A DNA stretch of 64,000 bases, taken from IMG/VR virus record IMGVR_UViG_3300032030_002018; one strand, 5' to 3'. Below the pieces are notes generated by a model. It was not told the origin of the DNA and ran no database searches. It worked only from the letters and a program-made list of their open reading frames with translations. The DNA comes from a virus (taxonomy: Duplodnaviria > Caudoviricetes). Both the position numbers and the translations under genes were made by a program. Positions 12,101 to 21,204 of the stretch are shown here, piece by piece; position 1 is the stretch's first letter, and the number at the start of each line of letters is the position of its first letter.

Positions 12101-12755
12101 CCTCATTCTGAGAGAACACCTGCGCAAGTGATGACAAATCCGTTGCGCTTTTGAATTTTGACGGACTTTCAAATTGATTTATATTATACCCCTTGTATAT
12201 TAAATCACGAGGTTTTTGAGATAACAGTCCGATATCAGACAAATCAATGTCAATATGGATTGTATAATTTCCAGTTGGAACTCCAAAAATCATATAATCA
12301 CCTGATTTATTGGTAGTTGTAGTATATTTCCAATATTTTTCATATATTTCAATGACGGTATCATTATCCAATACCATTCTCTTGCTTGGAAATGTTCCAA
12401 CTGGTTGAAAACAGGCATCTGAATTGTTTTCCATTGGAAGTAGATTATATGCTATCCCACTTCCGTCCCTATCTGTAACAGAGTGATATGGATAATAATG
12501 GACAATATCACTTCTTACAGAATCAGCATCAGACAATGGAACGAATATGGACACTTTTGCATTTGGTATTCCAAACGCCTTGTTTGCAAGCACTCTACCG
12601 ACGACAATTCCATATCCAGACCTTTGCGCTTGATAAGCTTGTGATTGTCTGAGAGTTAATGAAAGCATTTCGTATAGATTAACGCCTTGTTTAAGTTGAA
12701 ATCTAACTGCTTGGTTTTCTCCTATTCTTGTATGTATCCTAATATTCTTTTCCAT
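9099..12755 (-). CDS. 1218-aa putative structural protein with N-terminal prealbumin/carboxypeptidase-regulatory-like fold
   Basis: GIVVGRVLANKAFGIPNAKVSIF...TTTNKSGDYMIFGVPTGNYTIHI pattern; baseplate operon context. Confidence 0.55.
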   Translation of the reverse strand: MEKNIRIHTRIGENQAVRFQLKQGVNLYEMLSLTLRQSQAYQAQRSGYGIVVGRVLANKAFGIPNAKVSIFVPLSDADSVRSDIVHYYPYHSVTDRDGSGIAYNLLPMENNSDACFQPVGTFPSKRMVLDNDTVIEIYEKYWKYTTTTNKSGDYMIFGVPTGNYTIHIDIDLSDIGLLSQKPRDLIYKGYNINQFESPSKFKSATDLSSLAQVFSQNEAINVYPFCGDESSDDVAITRKDIDIQYSFETTCVFMGSIVTDNSDNFISQDCVPNANCGIFSQLTTSEGTIEMIRKTPYGNIEEFSIKGNQLIDSNGVWCYQIPMNLDYVGMDEYGNIVPVNDPTKGIPTRTSVRFRITLSENGDELSTHHQARYLVPCNPFLKENEVIPKLYDDYSLEDLYHFGSATPDNCFRDLYWNNVYSVKSYIPRVQSGNKTVTPERTGIKDINIGVTEDKNPFPFNRIRLNNIHREYYRNVANNIWDAYQGNRPPATKEDRWDVMNYSSFGYNTNEIFSSVMNESDSVGLDFYNDWVNGCLYFPLWYFRNRLKKNYNEGEKTFEEKFCECQKQPDKNMNIVLIDSCSIGYDNDDFQYTSDSDDKKRFDLEKETINIKNGIIQLHQNSDGTICYYYSCGTNGENSYVRLFSTDIILLGNLSEYNIFGIPKFNNQMPSSTSNIPPSISVHSTSPKPEDRTSGSSTYDVYESIINGMNWGDTEKTEWNRVKFDTGLFFGVAVRWESYNYGDASHTLVVRTVRKTCVNVERICELGVTNDTQMYLPKNSDEINNTGENKNRRVVDGLITSDEISNSDIRSMFASLNSSRLVGIANDKFTGYKRYNIGYNYQVNFDARLRSFIDGNAVSDYKDDILITENRDNDYLLFRTGGLSSKFWEDEDYDLVYSEFKDSALYQYRSGNKAKKSWNNKDSYYDHFINKRHFYTKNDNKYKFPLYENSFYFFFGLNNGATAMDELKQNFSDDCKVDYSFPFGITYKIERNPTLCGDKGVISWDVKCISSGEVDYNSVKLIMDGFYEVPTDEVDKINHQFSDLDFGNYELYVSDIYGNTQKVYIPLNRIEMAMEFATKNISEPSDTGDTICQEQENPYYGKISISGLYVESEFVTLTDFDFDESILSTSLEDSTFTLDISPIDGLCEIDEETGAKPYDFDYVNKVLTFHIEEEGEYEITLTRECGDNKDTRTFTIKINKEEMEDETSTGQTDEQEVGE

Positions 12756-12975
12756 TCATAAAACAGTCTATTTTGTTTAGAACCCACTTTGGAATTGAGG
12801 GTCTAAGCTCATTTTTCCTGATGAAATTATACAATGCTGTGAATGTGAAAAATGTTTGGAATACCAAATATCCAATCACAACTTTAGTCTTATAAAACCA
12901 TCCAATTCCTTGTTTTTTCTTTAATTCACTTTCAAGTTCATTCACCGTATTTACTTTCTTACAGTTACAGGACAT
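12739..12975 (-). CDS. small hypothetical membrane protein (N-terminal CxC)
   Basis: 78 aa with one hydrophobic segment (VVIGYLVFQTFFTFTALY), tightly packed between neighbours. Confidence 0.6.
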   Translation of the reverse strand: MSCNCKKVNTVNELESELKKKQGIGWFYKTKVVIGYLVFQTFFTFTALYNFIRKNELRPSIPKWVLNKIDCFMNGKEY

Positions 12976-12976
12976 A

Positions 12977-14971
12977 TTATTTAACTTTCACTCTAATACT
13001 TATGTCATTTGGATTAAGAATCTCAAACATTGAGTTATATTCTCCATATAGCACTCTGTCTATCGCGTCAAGGTCAATCTCATATGACTTCGCACCTTCA
13101 GGCGTCTTGAAATCGCTGTCAACATAAGGCATACACCCATCATTGTAAACCTTCTCCGGGAATGGACATCTGTCACTGCTGTAACTTCCGTCGTATATGT
13201 TGAACACCTTTATTGAAATCAAACTTATCACACCGTCAATCATAGTAATCTCCTTCTCCAAATCACCTATGAATATATCGTCACCCATATCCCTTCTGTT
13301 TATGTCCATATAGTTCCTTATTGTAGCCACAATTGTAGAAAGGACTGTCGCTGAATCATAATTCTTGCTTATGAACACGTCAACGAAGAAACCTATGTTG
13401 TATATCTTTCCGCTTCTTATCTCAATATAATCATTGATTGACTTGTAATGTGACATCCATTCCACTATATTGTCAGCAAGCGTAGAAGGAAGGTACTTGT
13501 TCAGTTTTCCTGTAGGTGTTATACCTAACAAACTGAACAATATCTTATTATTGTCCTCAATAACACTGTTTCTGAATGGCGCACCGTATTTTGGCGGCAT
13601 CTGCATCATCTTAACCTTATAATCCTTCAATGTCACGCATCTATCTTGTGCAGATGTGTTGTACTTCATAAGATATTTAATCTCATCATTTGAAGGGAAA
13701 CTCTTGCCGGCTACTGATGGACTTGCGTTATATACCCTCAAAGAGTTGATTACCTGCCCCTTTTTCCTTGAATTAAGCCCTATGTCATTCTTGAATTCAT
13801 AGGTTATTAGACCAAATCCGTTTATTGAGCCAGCAGCTAAATTAGTTTCAATTCCACCCCCAACACGATACATTATATACATTGTCCATCCTTCTCTAGG
13901 GATAACACCCAACATATCATTGTTGACAATCTTTGATACCCTGTATTGAGCGTATTTTGACAAATCAGATGGCATCTCATCGTAAGCAACTCCACTTCCG
14001 AATATAACTTTCAGATAACCGTTATCAGTATATTCTGTTATGAATTTCTGTTTCAATGGTTTCCATTCGCCTCTGTAAATCCTTGTTGTTCTTGTACTTC
14101 CACTATCATAAGATTCTGTAAAGTCATCATATATTTCCGGATTGTATATATCTTTAATAATGGTATCATCAATATTAGTTGCGCTTCCAAAACGATATTG
14201 GTCAGCCAAAGAATCTGTTTCAAAGAATCTATATGTCGTTATGTCCTCAGATGATAACTTATACTCCTCTGCGTCAAAATAAAAGTCTTGAATCATAGGG
14301 TCTTCCGATATGTTCGCTGATTCCTTACATATAACAGATTCAACATTCATAACATTTTCGTCAGGCAATACAATCTCCATAAAAGGCTTTATGTCGTTAC
14401 GCATAAGAACCTTCTTGTATATCTTTGTGGTACCATTGACAGCCACAACGCTTTTTGTTATTGTATAACTTGTTATTGAGCCGTTGTTATTTCTGTTAGG
14501 CGCAAAAGTCCTGTTCGAAAATCCCTCTGAGTTGAACTGTGAGCCAAAATCAACGTCCTCTGATAGTTGGAAGTTATAATTGCCTGCCGTTACAACTGTT
14601 GCCCTCTTTAATATTGGAGCATAAGACCAATCAGGTTGTGATATATTCTTACTGTTCACGTCAACGACACAACTTATCCTAACCTCACACATACTTGCCT
14701 TTGGACCTGGTATTTTGAAACCATTAGTACGTGCTATGTTCATAACAGAACTCCTCAAATTAGCACTGTTTATGTTTGTTTCCTGCGCCATTCTGTCTAT
14801 GTGATAACTAAGGTTGTCCGCAACAGATGAGACCAAATCAATAAACCACGAACCGACACTGCTGTCGTTGAATGTGGTTGCCATATTAGGATAATACTTG
14901 TTGCTGAAATTAATCAACTCAGATTTATAATCATCAAACGTCCTTGCCAAATAATTTATCTTCTTGTTCAT
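12977..14971 (-). CDS. baseplate wedge subunit, T4 gp6 / baseplate J-like
   Basis: N-terminal YLARTFDDYKSELINF...DNLSYHID...ANLRSSVMNIARTNG; YRVGGG and QDRCVTLKDY motifs; follows a gp25-like gene. Confidence 0.85.
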   Translation of the reverse strand: MNKKINYLARTFDDYKSELINFSNKYYPNMATTFNDSSVGSWFIDLVSSVADNLSYHIDRMAQETNINSANLRSSVMNIARTNGFKIPGPKASMCEVRISCVVDVNSKNISQPDWSYAPILKRATVVTAGNYNFQLSEDVDFGSQFNSEGFSNRTFAPNRNNNGSITSYTITKSVVAVNGTTKIYKKVLMRNDIKPFMEIVLPDENVMNVESVICKESANISEDPMIQDFYFDAEEYKLSSEDITTYRFFETDSLADQYRFGSATNIDDTIIKDIYNPEIYDDFTESYDSGSTRTTRIYRGEWKPLKQKFITEYTDNGYLKVIFGSGVAYDEMPSDLSKYAQYRVSKIVNNDMLGVIPREGWTMYIMYRVGGGIETNLAAGSINGFGLITYEFKNDIGLNSRKKGQVINSLRVYNASPSVAGKSFPSNDEIKYLMKYNTSAQDRCVTLKDYKVKMMQMPPKYGAPFRNSVIEDNNKILFSLLGITPTGKLNKYLPSTLADNIVEWMSHYKSINDYIEIRSGKIYNIGFFVDVFISKNYDSATVLSTIVATIRNYMDINRRDMGDDIFIGDLEKEITMIDGVISLISIKVFNIYDGSYSSDRCPFPEKVYNDGCMPYVDSDFKTPEGAKSYEIDLDAIDRVLYGEYNSMFEILNPNDISIRVKVK

Positions 14972-14986
14972 TTTCAAATGTTTTTT

Positions 14987-15376
14987 TTATAGTTCAACTG
15001 AAATACTGTCGCTTTCAGATGAATTTCCATTTATCAATTTATAATCAATCCTGACATATATCAAGTGGTCATTGCTCTCATCCTGAATGACTTTTACGTC
15101 ATCGATAGCAACATTGTTCACATATTTTGCCACAGATTCCTTAATCTCATTCTTTACACCCTCCCAGCTGTCACTGTTATTGTTGTCAAATATATACTTT
15201 ATCAAATCCGTTCCAAATTCAGGATTCCTTAGCCTCTGACCTTTTGGAGTGAATATGACGTGCATAATCTGACCTCTTACACGACTTTTCATAGTGTTGC
15301 ATAAGTCAACAAAGTAATTCTCTTCATTCTTCGCAGTGAAAGGATATTTTATACCATAATATTGTTTTTGCGCCAT
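14987..15376 (-). CDS. baseplate wedge subunit, gp25/GPW-like
   Basis: GIKYPF...IFTPKGQRLRNPEFGTDLIKYIFD signature; 129 aa. Confidence 0.9.
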   Translation of the reverse strand: MAQKQYYGIKYPFTAKNEENYFVDLCNTMKSRVRGQIMHVIFTPKGQRLRNPEFGTDLIKYIFDNNNSDSWEGVKNEIKESVAKYVNNVAIDDVKVIQDESNDHLIYVRIDYKLINGNSSESDSISVEL

Positions 15377-15441
15377 CCTAATTAAAAAGATTTATCACAT
15401 ATAATTACCTAAAAAATAACTTTTTTATCATTTTTTTAAAC

Positions 15442-15468
15442 AAAAAAAGGTGACTATGCAGCCACCTT
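15442..15468 (-). terminator. intrinsic terminator after the LRR gene
   Basis: Minus strand AAGGTGGCT-gcat-AGTCACCTT followed by a T-run. Confidence 0.75.
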
Positions 15469-15489
15469 GTTAAAATCACACTAAAATAT

Positions 15490-18400
15490 TCACGAACCAT
15501 ATCCTTCAATATAGTCAGCGTACACACTCCATCCTTCTGCTTGCTTATAAGCGTCAACAGCTTCATAAGGCACTAATATCCTCATACCTTCCACACTTGT
15601 ATCAAAAGTTCCACTTCCAACAGTAACAGAATCTGGTTCATCTGATACCATCCTTATATTCACAAGATGCGAACAACCATTGAAGGCATTGTCACCAATA
15701 CTTGTAACACTGTTTGGTATTGTAACGTCTGTTATTCCTTCACATCCTTGGAATGCTGCGTTATTTATCGTAACTAATCCATCAGCAAGAGACAACGACG
15801 TTAATGTTGCGATATCCTTAAAAGCTGATACACCAATACTCTTAGCCTTTATGTTAACTCCACGCAATTTTGTCCCAACAAACACGCTTTCTCCAATACC
15901 GTTTGAAACCATTCCATTGAATGTAACAGAAGAAAGACTATCGCATCCGTTAAACGCATAATTTCCTATTGTTGTAGTTCCATTCGGTATCACAACGCTT
16001 TTTATTCCAATACATCCATCAAACGCGTTGTTTCCAATTGTTGAAACTTTACCAGCTAATGTCAGTGATGATATTCCTGTACATCCGCTGAATACTCCAT
16101 TACTTATAGAATGGCTTGATATGCTCACTGATTTCAATGACGTTCTGCCTTGAAGTGTATTTCCGCTTATAATTCCAGGGTCATTGTCTTTTCCTGATAC
16201 AGTAAAAGCCGACAATCCCGTCATAGGTGCAAGAACCCCAATATTGAAACCACTGTCACCACTGATTTTAAGGTTTGTACTAAATCTCTTGACATTGTTA
16301 CATCCGTTAAACGCCGATGTTGAGATTTGCCTTGAATTATAATAACTAGACGCATTCAGAGTTATAGAAGAAATATTTGTGCAATTAGCGAACGCATTGC
16401 TGTCTATTTTCTTTATATGAGGCAAATTCAAAGTTGTTATAGTATTATTATTGGCGAAAGCATTTGAACTTATACTTGAAACACTTGACAATGAACCACT
16501 TGTGAAAACAGCGTTTGTATCACCTGAAAATGCGGCGTTTCCAATGCTTATGTATTTATTTTGCGGCACGGATATTGTTACACTTGAAAGGTTATTACAG
16601 TTACTGAAAGCAGCATTTCCTATTTCATTTGAAATGTTTGTGATAACCATTGATGTCAATGAGGAGCAGTTACTGAACGCTCCTTCCCCAATAGTACTTG
16701 CCTGTGTCGTTGCGCTTACGATACCATTACATCCTTTGAATGCGTTTCTTCCAATACCGCCTGTAACGCCTGATATATCAGGTTTGACAAGGCTTGTACA
16801 ACCTTCAAACGCTGATTCATTTACATTTATTCTACCAGTAATTCTTAGATAGTCAATTTCAGTACATCCACTAAAAGCAGACTTTCCAATATTTTGGTTG
16901 CCAACTGTAACTTTCTGTATTGAAGTGTTTCCCTTGAATGCGTTCTGATTGATACTACCACTACCACCGATAAATACCGTGTTAAGCCGTGTCATCGCTG
17001 AAAATGAGTTCTCCGCGAAAGAAGACATATCGCTATAACAAGTAAACGATGTGACACCGCTACATCCGTGGAACACTCCTGACCCAACAGTTGTTAATTT
17101 GTCACCTACATATATATTATTAACACCGCTACAGTTATAGAAAGCACCCTCTTTTAGACTGCTTATATTGTGCAAGTTTAAATCAGTCAATTTAGAACAA
17201 TCTTCAAACGCCCTTTCGTTAATCCATTGAATCTGTTCAAAATCGAATATTTCAAGATTTACACATCCTGCAAATGCGGCTGTATCCACACCAACAAGTG
17301 TATTGTTCTTTTTATTTACACTTGGGGTTATGTCAACTTCTGTAAGTGCTGTGCATCCGCTGAATGAATTTGCACCGAATTTCCTTAACGGATTTTCAAA
17401 TGAATCTGTATATTTGTTCACAAAATCCCAATCACCTCCGTTTGAGTCAAATGGAACTGTGACTTTTGTTACGCCAGTGTTTCCTTTGAAACACACGTCC
17501 TTTACCTCGTTCTCTGTAAGGCAGAAATTAACACAATTGCTGCCGCTTTGTGGGAACTTGAAATACGTGCTGCCAGTTTCAGACGGTGTATGCGCAACCC
17601 TATTAAGGCTGTATTTCCATACATTTGTATTTGCGTTGTTATTAAGTATGAGATAGTCAACGTTTTTTGTCGGAACATTATATGTAATGCCAATCAAAGA
17701 CATCTTCATAACATCTGATTCAGATATTGTGATAGGTGATTTCAAGTGTTCCTCAATAAGTGACAACTGTGAATTAGCACAAGATGTCGCGTCGTTTCCA
17801 CTACCACCTATAAGAAGTGTGTTGTATTTATCATCCAGGTCTATGAGAAGCGATTCTATTCCACCTTGTACTGTTTCATTTGTAGTTACAGATTCTGCAA
17901 CACCCTTTATCATCCAATTTGGTATAATCTTTTTAGCCTTCAACACGAATTCATCATACGAAAGGTCTTCTTTGCCAATTATGTTCCTCAATGCGTTGTC
18001 AGCCAATGCGAAAAGATACTCAGTATATGTCATACTTATGTTTGGCGCAATCACCTTATATGGTTTCAACCCTTCCATCTTGTCACCGTCAGAAATCAGT
18101 GTGTCAAGATAATATGTTGTATTTGGAGAACATTCATTGTCCATAACAACAGTTATCTGTGGCATAAAATCCTCATCTGAAATCGCCCAAATACCGCATT
18201 CGTCATTGTCCTGAGATGTTGAAATTCTGTATATCACATCACCCCTGACAAAATAGAACCTCTTCATAACATTGGTTGAAAGTGTCGGCATATAAGCCTT
18301 GCCGTATGAAATAGAAGGTTCTATACCAGGTTCTCTGTTGTTCTCATCCTCTATAAATTGTCTTATCTTGTCCTCGCCGCTTTTCTTCAACATCTTGTTG

Positions 18401-18957
18401 TCAACAGAAAGACTCTTGTTTGCACAATATATCGCACTTTCAACTGCAAGCTCAATAACAGAATCGTTGAAAACCTTATCAACATCAATCTGCATTTCGT
18501 TTATGTTTGTAAACGCTGTGCTTGTAGGTGTAATAGTTCCGCTTATAGAATACCCATTTCCACTTATCATATATTCAGGTATTATTTTATGCACATCATT
18601 TCTGAACCTGTCAAGTGATGGACGTTTGCTGTTTATATACTTCTGTATTTCTTCTTTGGCAAGTTCAAAATAATAATCCACAAAGTTTATCTCAGTAGCG
18701 GCTCCGTCGTGCAATATCTTCGTTGGCAAATGCCTTGTCTCCCATAAATCTCCATCATCAATAAGTTCGCTCAAATATACATCATAAGGTTCTTCACTAC
18801 CTTTTTGAACCTTTATCTTCGGCGTATAATATTCTTCTGTACCTATTGACGGTATCTCCTTACCAATACCACCTGCATTATAATCGATTATGGAATAAAT
18901 AACTTTGTTCCTAATGAAGTAAAAATGTGTCCTGTTTAAGTTATCCACAAATTTCAT
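15490..18957 (-). CDS. BspA-type leucine-rich repeat (LRR_5) protein with duplicated N-terminal domain
   Basis: Many xIPNSVTSIGDNAFNGCxxL-type repeats; typical C-cap ILVPYEAVDAYKQAEGW; two related ~180-aa N-terminal units. Confidence 0.9.
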   Translation of the reverse strand: MKFVDNLNRTHFYFIRNKVIYSIIDYNAGGIGKEIPSIGTEEYYTPKIKVQKGSEEPYDVYLSELIDDGDLWETRHLPTKILHDGAATEINFVDYYFELAKEEIQKYINSKRPSLDRFRNDVHKIIPEYMISGNGYSISGTITPTSTAFTNINEMQIDVDKVFNDSVIELAVESAIYCANKSLSVDNKMLKKSGEDKIRQFIEDENNREPGIEPSISYGKAYMPTLSTNVMKRFYFVRGDVIYRISTSQDNDECGIWAISDEDFMPQITVVMDNECSPNTTYYLDTLISDGDKMEGLKPYKVIAPNISMTYTEYLFALADNALRNIIGKEDLSYDEFVLKAKKIIPNWMIKGVAESVTTNETVQGGIESLLIDLDDKYNTLLIGGSGNDATSCANSQLSLIEEHLKSPITISESDVMKMSLIGITYNVPTKNVDYLILNNNANTNVWKYSLNRVAHTPSETGSTYFKFPQSGSNCVNFCLTENEVKDVCFKGNTGVTKVTVPFDSNGGDWDFVNKYTDSFENPLRKFGANSFSGCTALTEVDITPSVNKKNNTLVGVDTAAFAGCVNLEIFDFEQIQWINERAFEDCSKLTDLNLHNISSLKEGAFYNCSGVNNIYVGDKLTTVGSGVFHGCSGVTSFTCYSDMSSFAENSFSAMTRLNTVFIGGSGSINQNAFKGNTSIQKVTVGNQNIGKSAFSGCTEIDYLRITGRINVNESAFEGCTSLVKPDISGVTGGIGRNAFKGCNGIVSATTQASTIGEGAFSNCSSLTSMVITNISNEIGNAAFSNCNNLSSVTISVPQNKYISIGNAAFSGDTNAVFTSGSLSSVSSISSNAFANNNTITTLNLPHIKKIDSNAFANCTNISSITLNASSYYNSRQISTSAFNGCNNVKRFSTNLKISGDSGFNIGVLAPMTGLSAFTVSGKDNDPGIISGNTLQGRTSLKSVSISSHSISNGVFSGCTGISSLTLAGKVSTIGNNAFDGCIGIKSVVIPNGTTTIGNYAFNGCDSLSSVTFNGMVSNGIGESVFVGTKLRGVNIKAKSIGVSAFKDIATLTSLSLADGLVTINNAAFQGCEGITDVTIPNSVTSIGDNAFNGCSHLVNIRMVSDEPDSVTVGSGTFDTSVEGMRILVPYEAVDAYKQAEGWSVYADYIEGYGS

Positions 18958-18966
18958 TTTATGCCT

Positions 18967-19488
18967 TTATTTTTTAACCTTTATCTCATCACATTCCTCC
19001 TGCAACTTATTCACTTGCTTATAATTGGAATATGCGTTGTTTGTTATATCAATCAAATGAAATGTCTCGTCAGGCATCTCAAATGATTCAATTACCTTGT
19101 TGTTCCCTACATTCCATAATTGTATGCTGTATTTGTTATTAACAATGTCAAGGACAAATTTATAGTTATCAGAACCATATAACCAATATCTGAAACTATG
19201 TATGTTCTTGTCAAAGTTCTTGTTCTGTATGTTATACCCAAATCTTACACTGTTATTCACATTTGAAACAAAATCAGGTATATCATCAGACAATAACGAC
19301 CAACTCTTCTTTCCATCAGTTCTGAAAAACACATTGAAATTATCATATTTCTGCTCAATCCTCACATTATTTATATTATATAATGTGACACCATCACTGT
19401 CGGACACTATTGAAAAGTCCTTTTGAGCCAATGCGCTTGAATTAAACAAGCAAAATGACATTAATAAAAAAACAAATAATTTTCTCAT
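18967..19488 (-). CDS. secreted/periplasmic hypothetical protein with Sec signal peptide
   Basis: Likely start MRKLFVFLLMSFCLFNSSALA|QKDF (A-x-A site with Gln at +1, common in Bacteroidota); late-type motif 20 nt upstream. Confidence 0.7.
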   Translation of the reverse strand: MRKLFVFLLMSFCLFNSSALAQKDFSIVSDSDGVTLYNINNVRIEQKYDNFNVFFRTDGKKSWSLLSDDIPDFVSNVNNSVRFGYNIQNKNFDKNIHSFRYWLYGSDNYKFVLDIVNNKYSIQLWNVGNNKVIESFEMPDETFHLIDITNNAYSNYKQVNKLQEECDEIKVKK

Positions 19489-19507
19489 ATTTTTTCCACT
19501 TTTTACT

Positions 19508-19516
19508 ATAAATATC
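19508..19516 (-). promoter_or_regulatory. putative late promoter GATATTTAT
   Basis: One of nine copies of (G/C)ATATTTAT lying in sense orientation upstream of a gene start. Confidence 0.6.
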
Positions 19517-19588
19517 AAAGATGAATCAAAAATCTTTACTGTCAAACCATATCTTTAACGTTCTTTAACAAAAAATGTTGTGAAAATA

Positions 19589-19620
19589 TTTGGTGGAATA
19601 AAATAAATAGCTTACATTTG
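19589..19620 (+). promoter_or_regulatory. Bacteroidota primary-sigma promoter (-33 TTTG / -7 TACATTTG)
   Basis: TTTG 19589-19592, 20-nt spacer, TACATTTG 19613-19620. Confidence 0.8.
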
Positions 19621-19674
19621 CAATGTTTCAAACAAAAATCAAAATTAATAACCAATAAAAAAATTCACAACATT

Positions 19675-20775
19675 ATGGCACACAATCTTGAAATGATTAA
19701 TGGAGTAGCATCTTTCGTAGAGAACGGTAAGAAGGAAATCGCTTGGCACGGTCTTGGAAAACAGTTTGACAGACCACTGTTTGTCGCAGAGGCAATCAAA
19801 GAGTGTAGGGCTGACTACAATGTATCCCTCCAACCAATCGTGGCACTCACACCTGAATTGGTGGAAGCAATGAGCAACGAGAAAATGATTAACGCGGGTG
19901 ACCTCTTCAACTACCTCATCGCAGGCAAGAGGGCAACAATGAGAACAGACCAAAACAAGGCTCTTGGAATTGTTGGGGATTCATATGGAATCGTACAGAA
20001 CATTGACGCGTTCAAGTTCGTTGACCTTATTTGCACTGGAAAACTCGCAGACAGAGACCATACACCTGTCATCGAAACCGCCGGTGTACTTGGACACGGT
20101 GAGAGGGTTTTCGTTTCCGCCAAGTTCCCACAAGACATCATTCTTGACAACAAGGGAGATGACAGAGTTGAAATGTACGTAATGTTCACAACATCTCACG
20201 ATGGAACTGGCGCTGTCAATTGCATTGTAACCCCTGTAAGGGTTGTGTGCAACAACACATTGAGATACGCAATGCAGCACAACTTTGGCAAGTTGTCATT
20301 CAAGCACACAGTGAATGTAATGTCAAGACTTGACCTTGTTGACAAGGAGAACGCTTCTTTCGCTTATCGTGCGCTCAATATGTACGACATCTATAAGAAG
20401 AGCCTTGAGGATTCATTCAACCACCTGAAAGAGGTTAGAATCTCTGACAAGATTCTCCAAAACATCGTTGCAGAGACAATCCTTCCAGAAGAGGCTTGGA
20501 AGGTGTATGTCAACAACAACTTCAACATCGAACACGATGAAATCAGCACAAGGGGAAAGAACCTCTTCAACAATGTGCTTAACTGCATCGAAAACGGTGT
20601 CGGACAAGAGATTGGGGAAAGAGGCACAGGTCTTTGGGCAATCAATGGTATCACATCATACTTCCAAAACGAGGCAAACTTCAAGGATGATGAAATCAAA
20701 ATGGATTCAATCATCAATGGAAATGTTGCAAAGAAGGTTCAAAAGGCTTATGACCTTATAAGTATGGCTGCATAA
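19675..20775 (+). CDS. DUF932/DUF945-family phage/plasmid protein
   Basis: MAHNLE...AWHGLG...LGIVGDSYGIVQNIDAFKF...ETAGVLGHGERVF...TTSHDG...TPVRVVCNNT...RGTGLWAINGIT motifs. Confidence 0.85.
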   Translation: MAHNLEMINGVASFVENGKKEIAWHGLGKQFDRPLFVAEAIKECRADYNVSLQPIVALTPELVEAMSNEKMINAGDLFNYLIAGKRATMRTDQNKALGIVGDSYGIVQNIDAFKFVDLICTGKLADRDHTPVIETAGVLGHGERVFVSAKFPQDIILDNKGDDRVEMYVMFTTSHDGTGAVNCIVTPVRVVCNNTLRYAMQHNFGKLSFKHTVNVMSRLDLVDKENASFAYRALNMYDIYKKSLEDSFNHLKEVRISDKILQNIVAETILPEEAWKVYVNNNFNIEHDEISTRGKNLFNNVLNCIENGVGQEIGERGTGLWAINGITSYFQNEANFKDDEIKMDSIINGNVAKKVQKAYDLISMAA

Positions 20776-20792
20776 CATACAATAACAAAAAG

Positions 20793-20830
20793 AAAAGCAC
20801 CCCAAAAACGGGGTGCTTTTTATTTTTTTT
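20793..20830 (+). terminator. intrinsic terminator
   Basis: AAAAGCACCCC-aaaaac-GGGGTGCTTTT followed by a T-run. Confidence 0.9.
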
Positions 20831-20839
20831 CTTAAAAAA

Positions 20840-20871
20840 TTTGGTTTTTACAAATATTTCATATATCTTTG
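20840..20871 (+). promoter_or_regulatory. Bacteroidota primary-sigma promoter
   Basis: TTTG 20840-20843, 20-nt spacer, TATCTTTG 20864-20871. Confidence 0.8.
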
Positions 20872-20903
20872 CATTGATAATTTTATAAAAACAATAATAT
20901 ATA

Positions 20904-21137
20904 ATGCCAAAATGTTGGAGATGTGACCAAGAATTAATATGTTCAGGTAATTTTATGGCAAGCGAATGTGGATTCTCTGATTCAGAAGAAGAAGATAGAG
21001 ATGCAATAGTGACAGACTATTCCTGTCCTTATTGCGGTGCATATTATCAAGTTGTTGATACGCCAGAATCAGAAAAAGAACACTATAAATACTGGAACGA
21101 ATATTGGAAAAATCAAGAAAATAATGAAAATGAATGA
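20904..21137 (+). CDS. small zinc-ribbon protein
   Basis: CWRC...CPYCG cysteine pairs; 77 aa; promoter directly upstream. Confidence 0.75.
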   Translation: MPKCWRCDQELICSGNFMASECGFSDSEEEDRDAIVTDYSCPYCGAYYQVVDTPESEKEHYKYWNEYWKNQENNENE

Positions 21138-21204
21138 TTTTTTGAATTTTATGTGATATTTATTAGAGATATATAAATTTTTTATTATTTAAATTGAGAG
21201 AGAA

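Noticed and set aside
15490-18957. Diversity-generating retroelement targeting the LRR gene
   Set aside because: No reverse transcriptase and no template/variable repeat pair seen in the window
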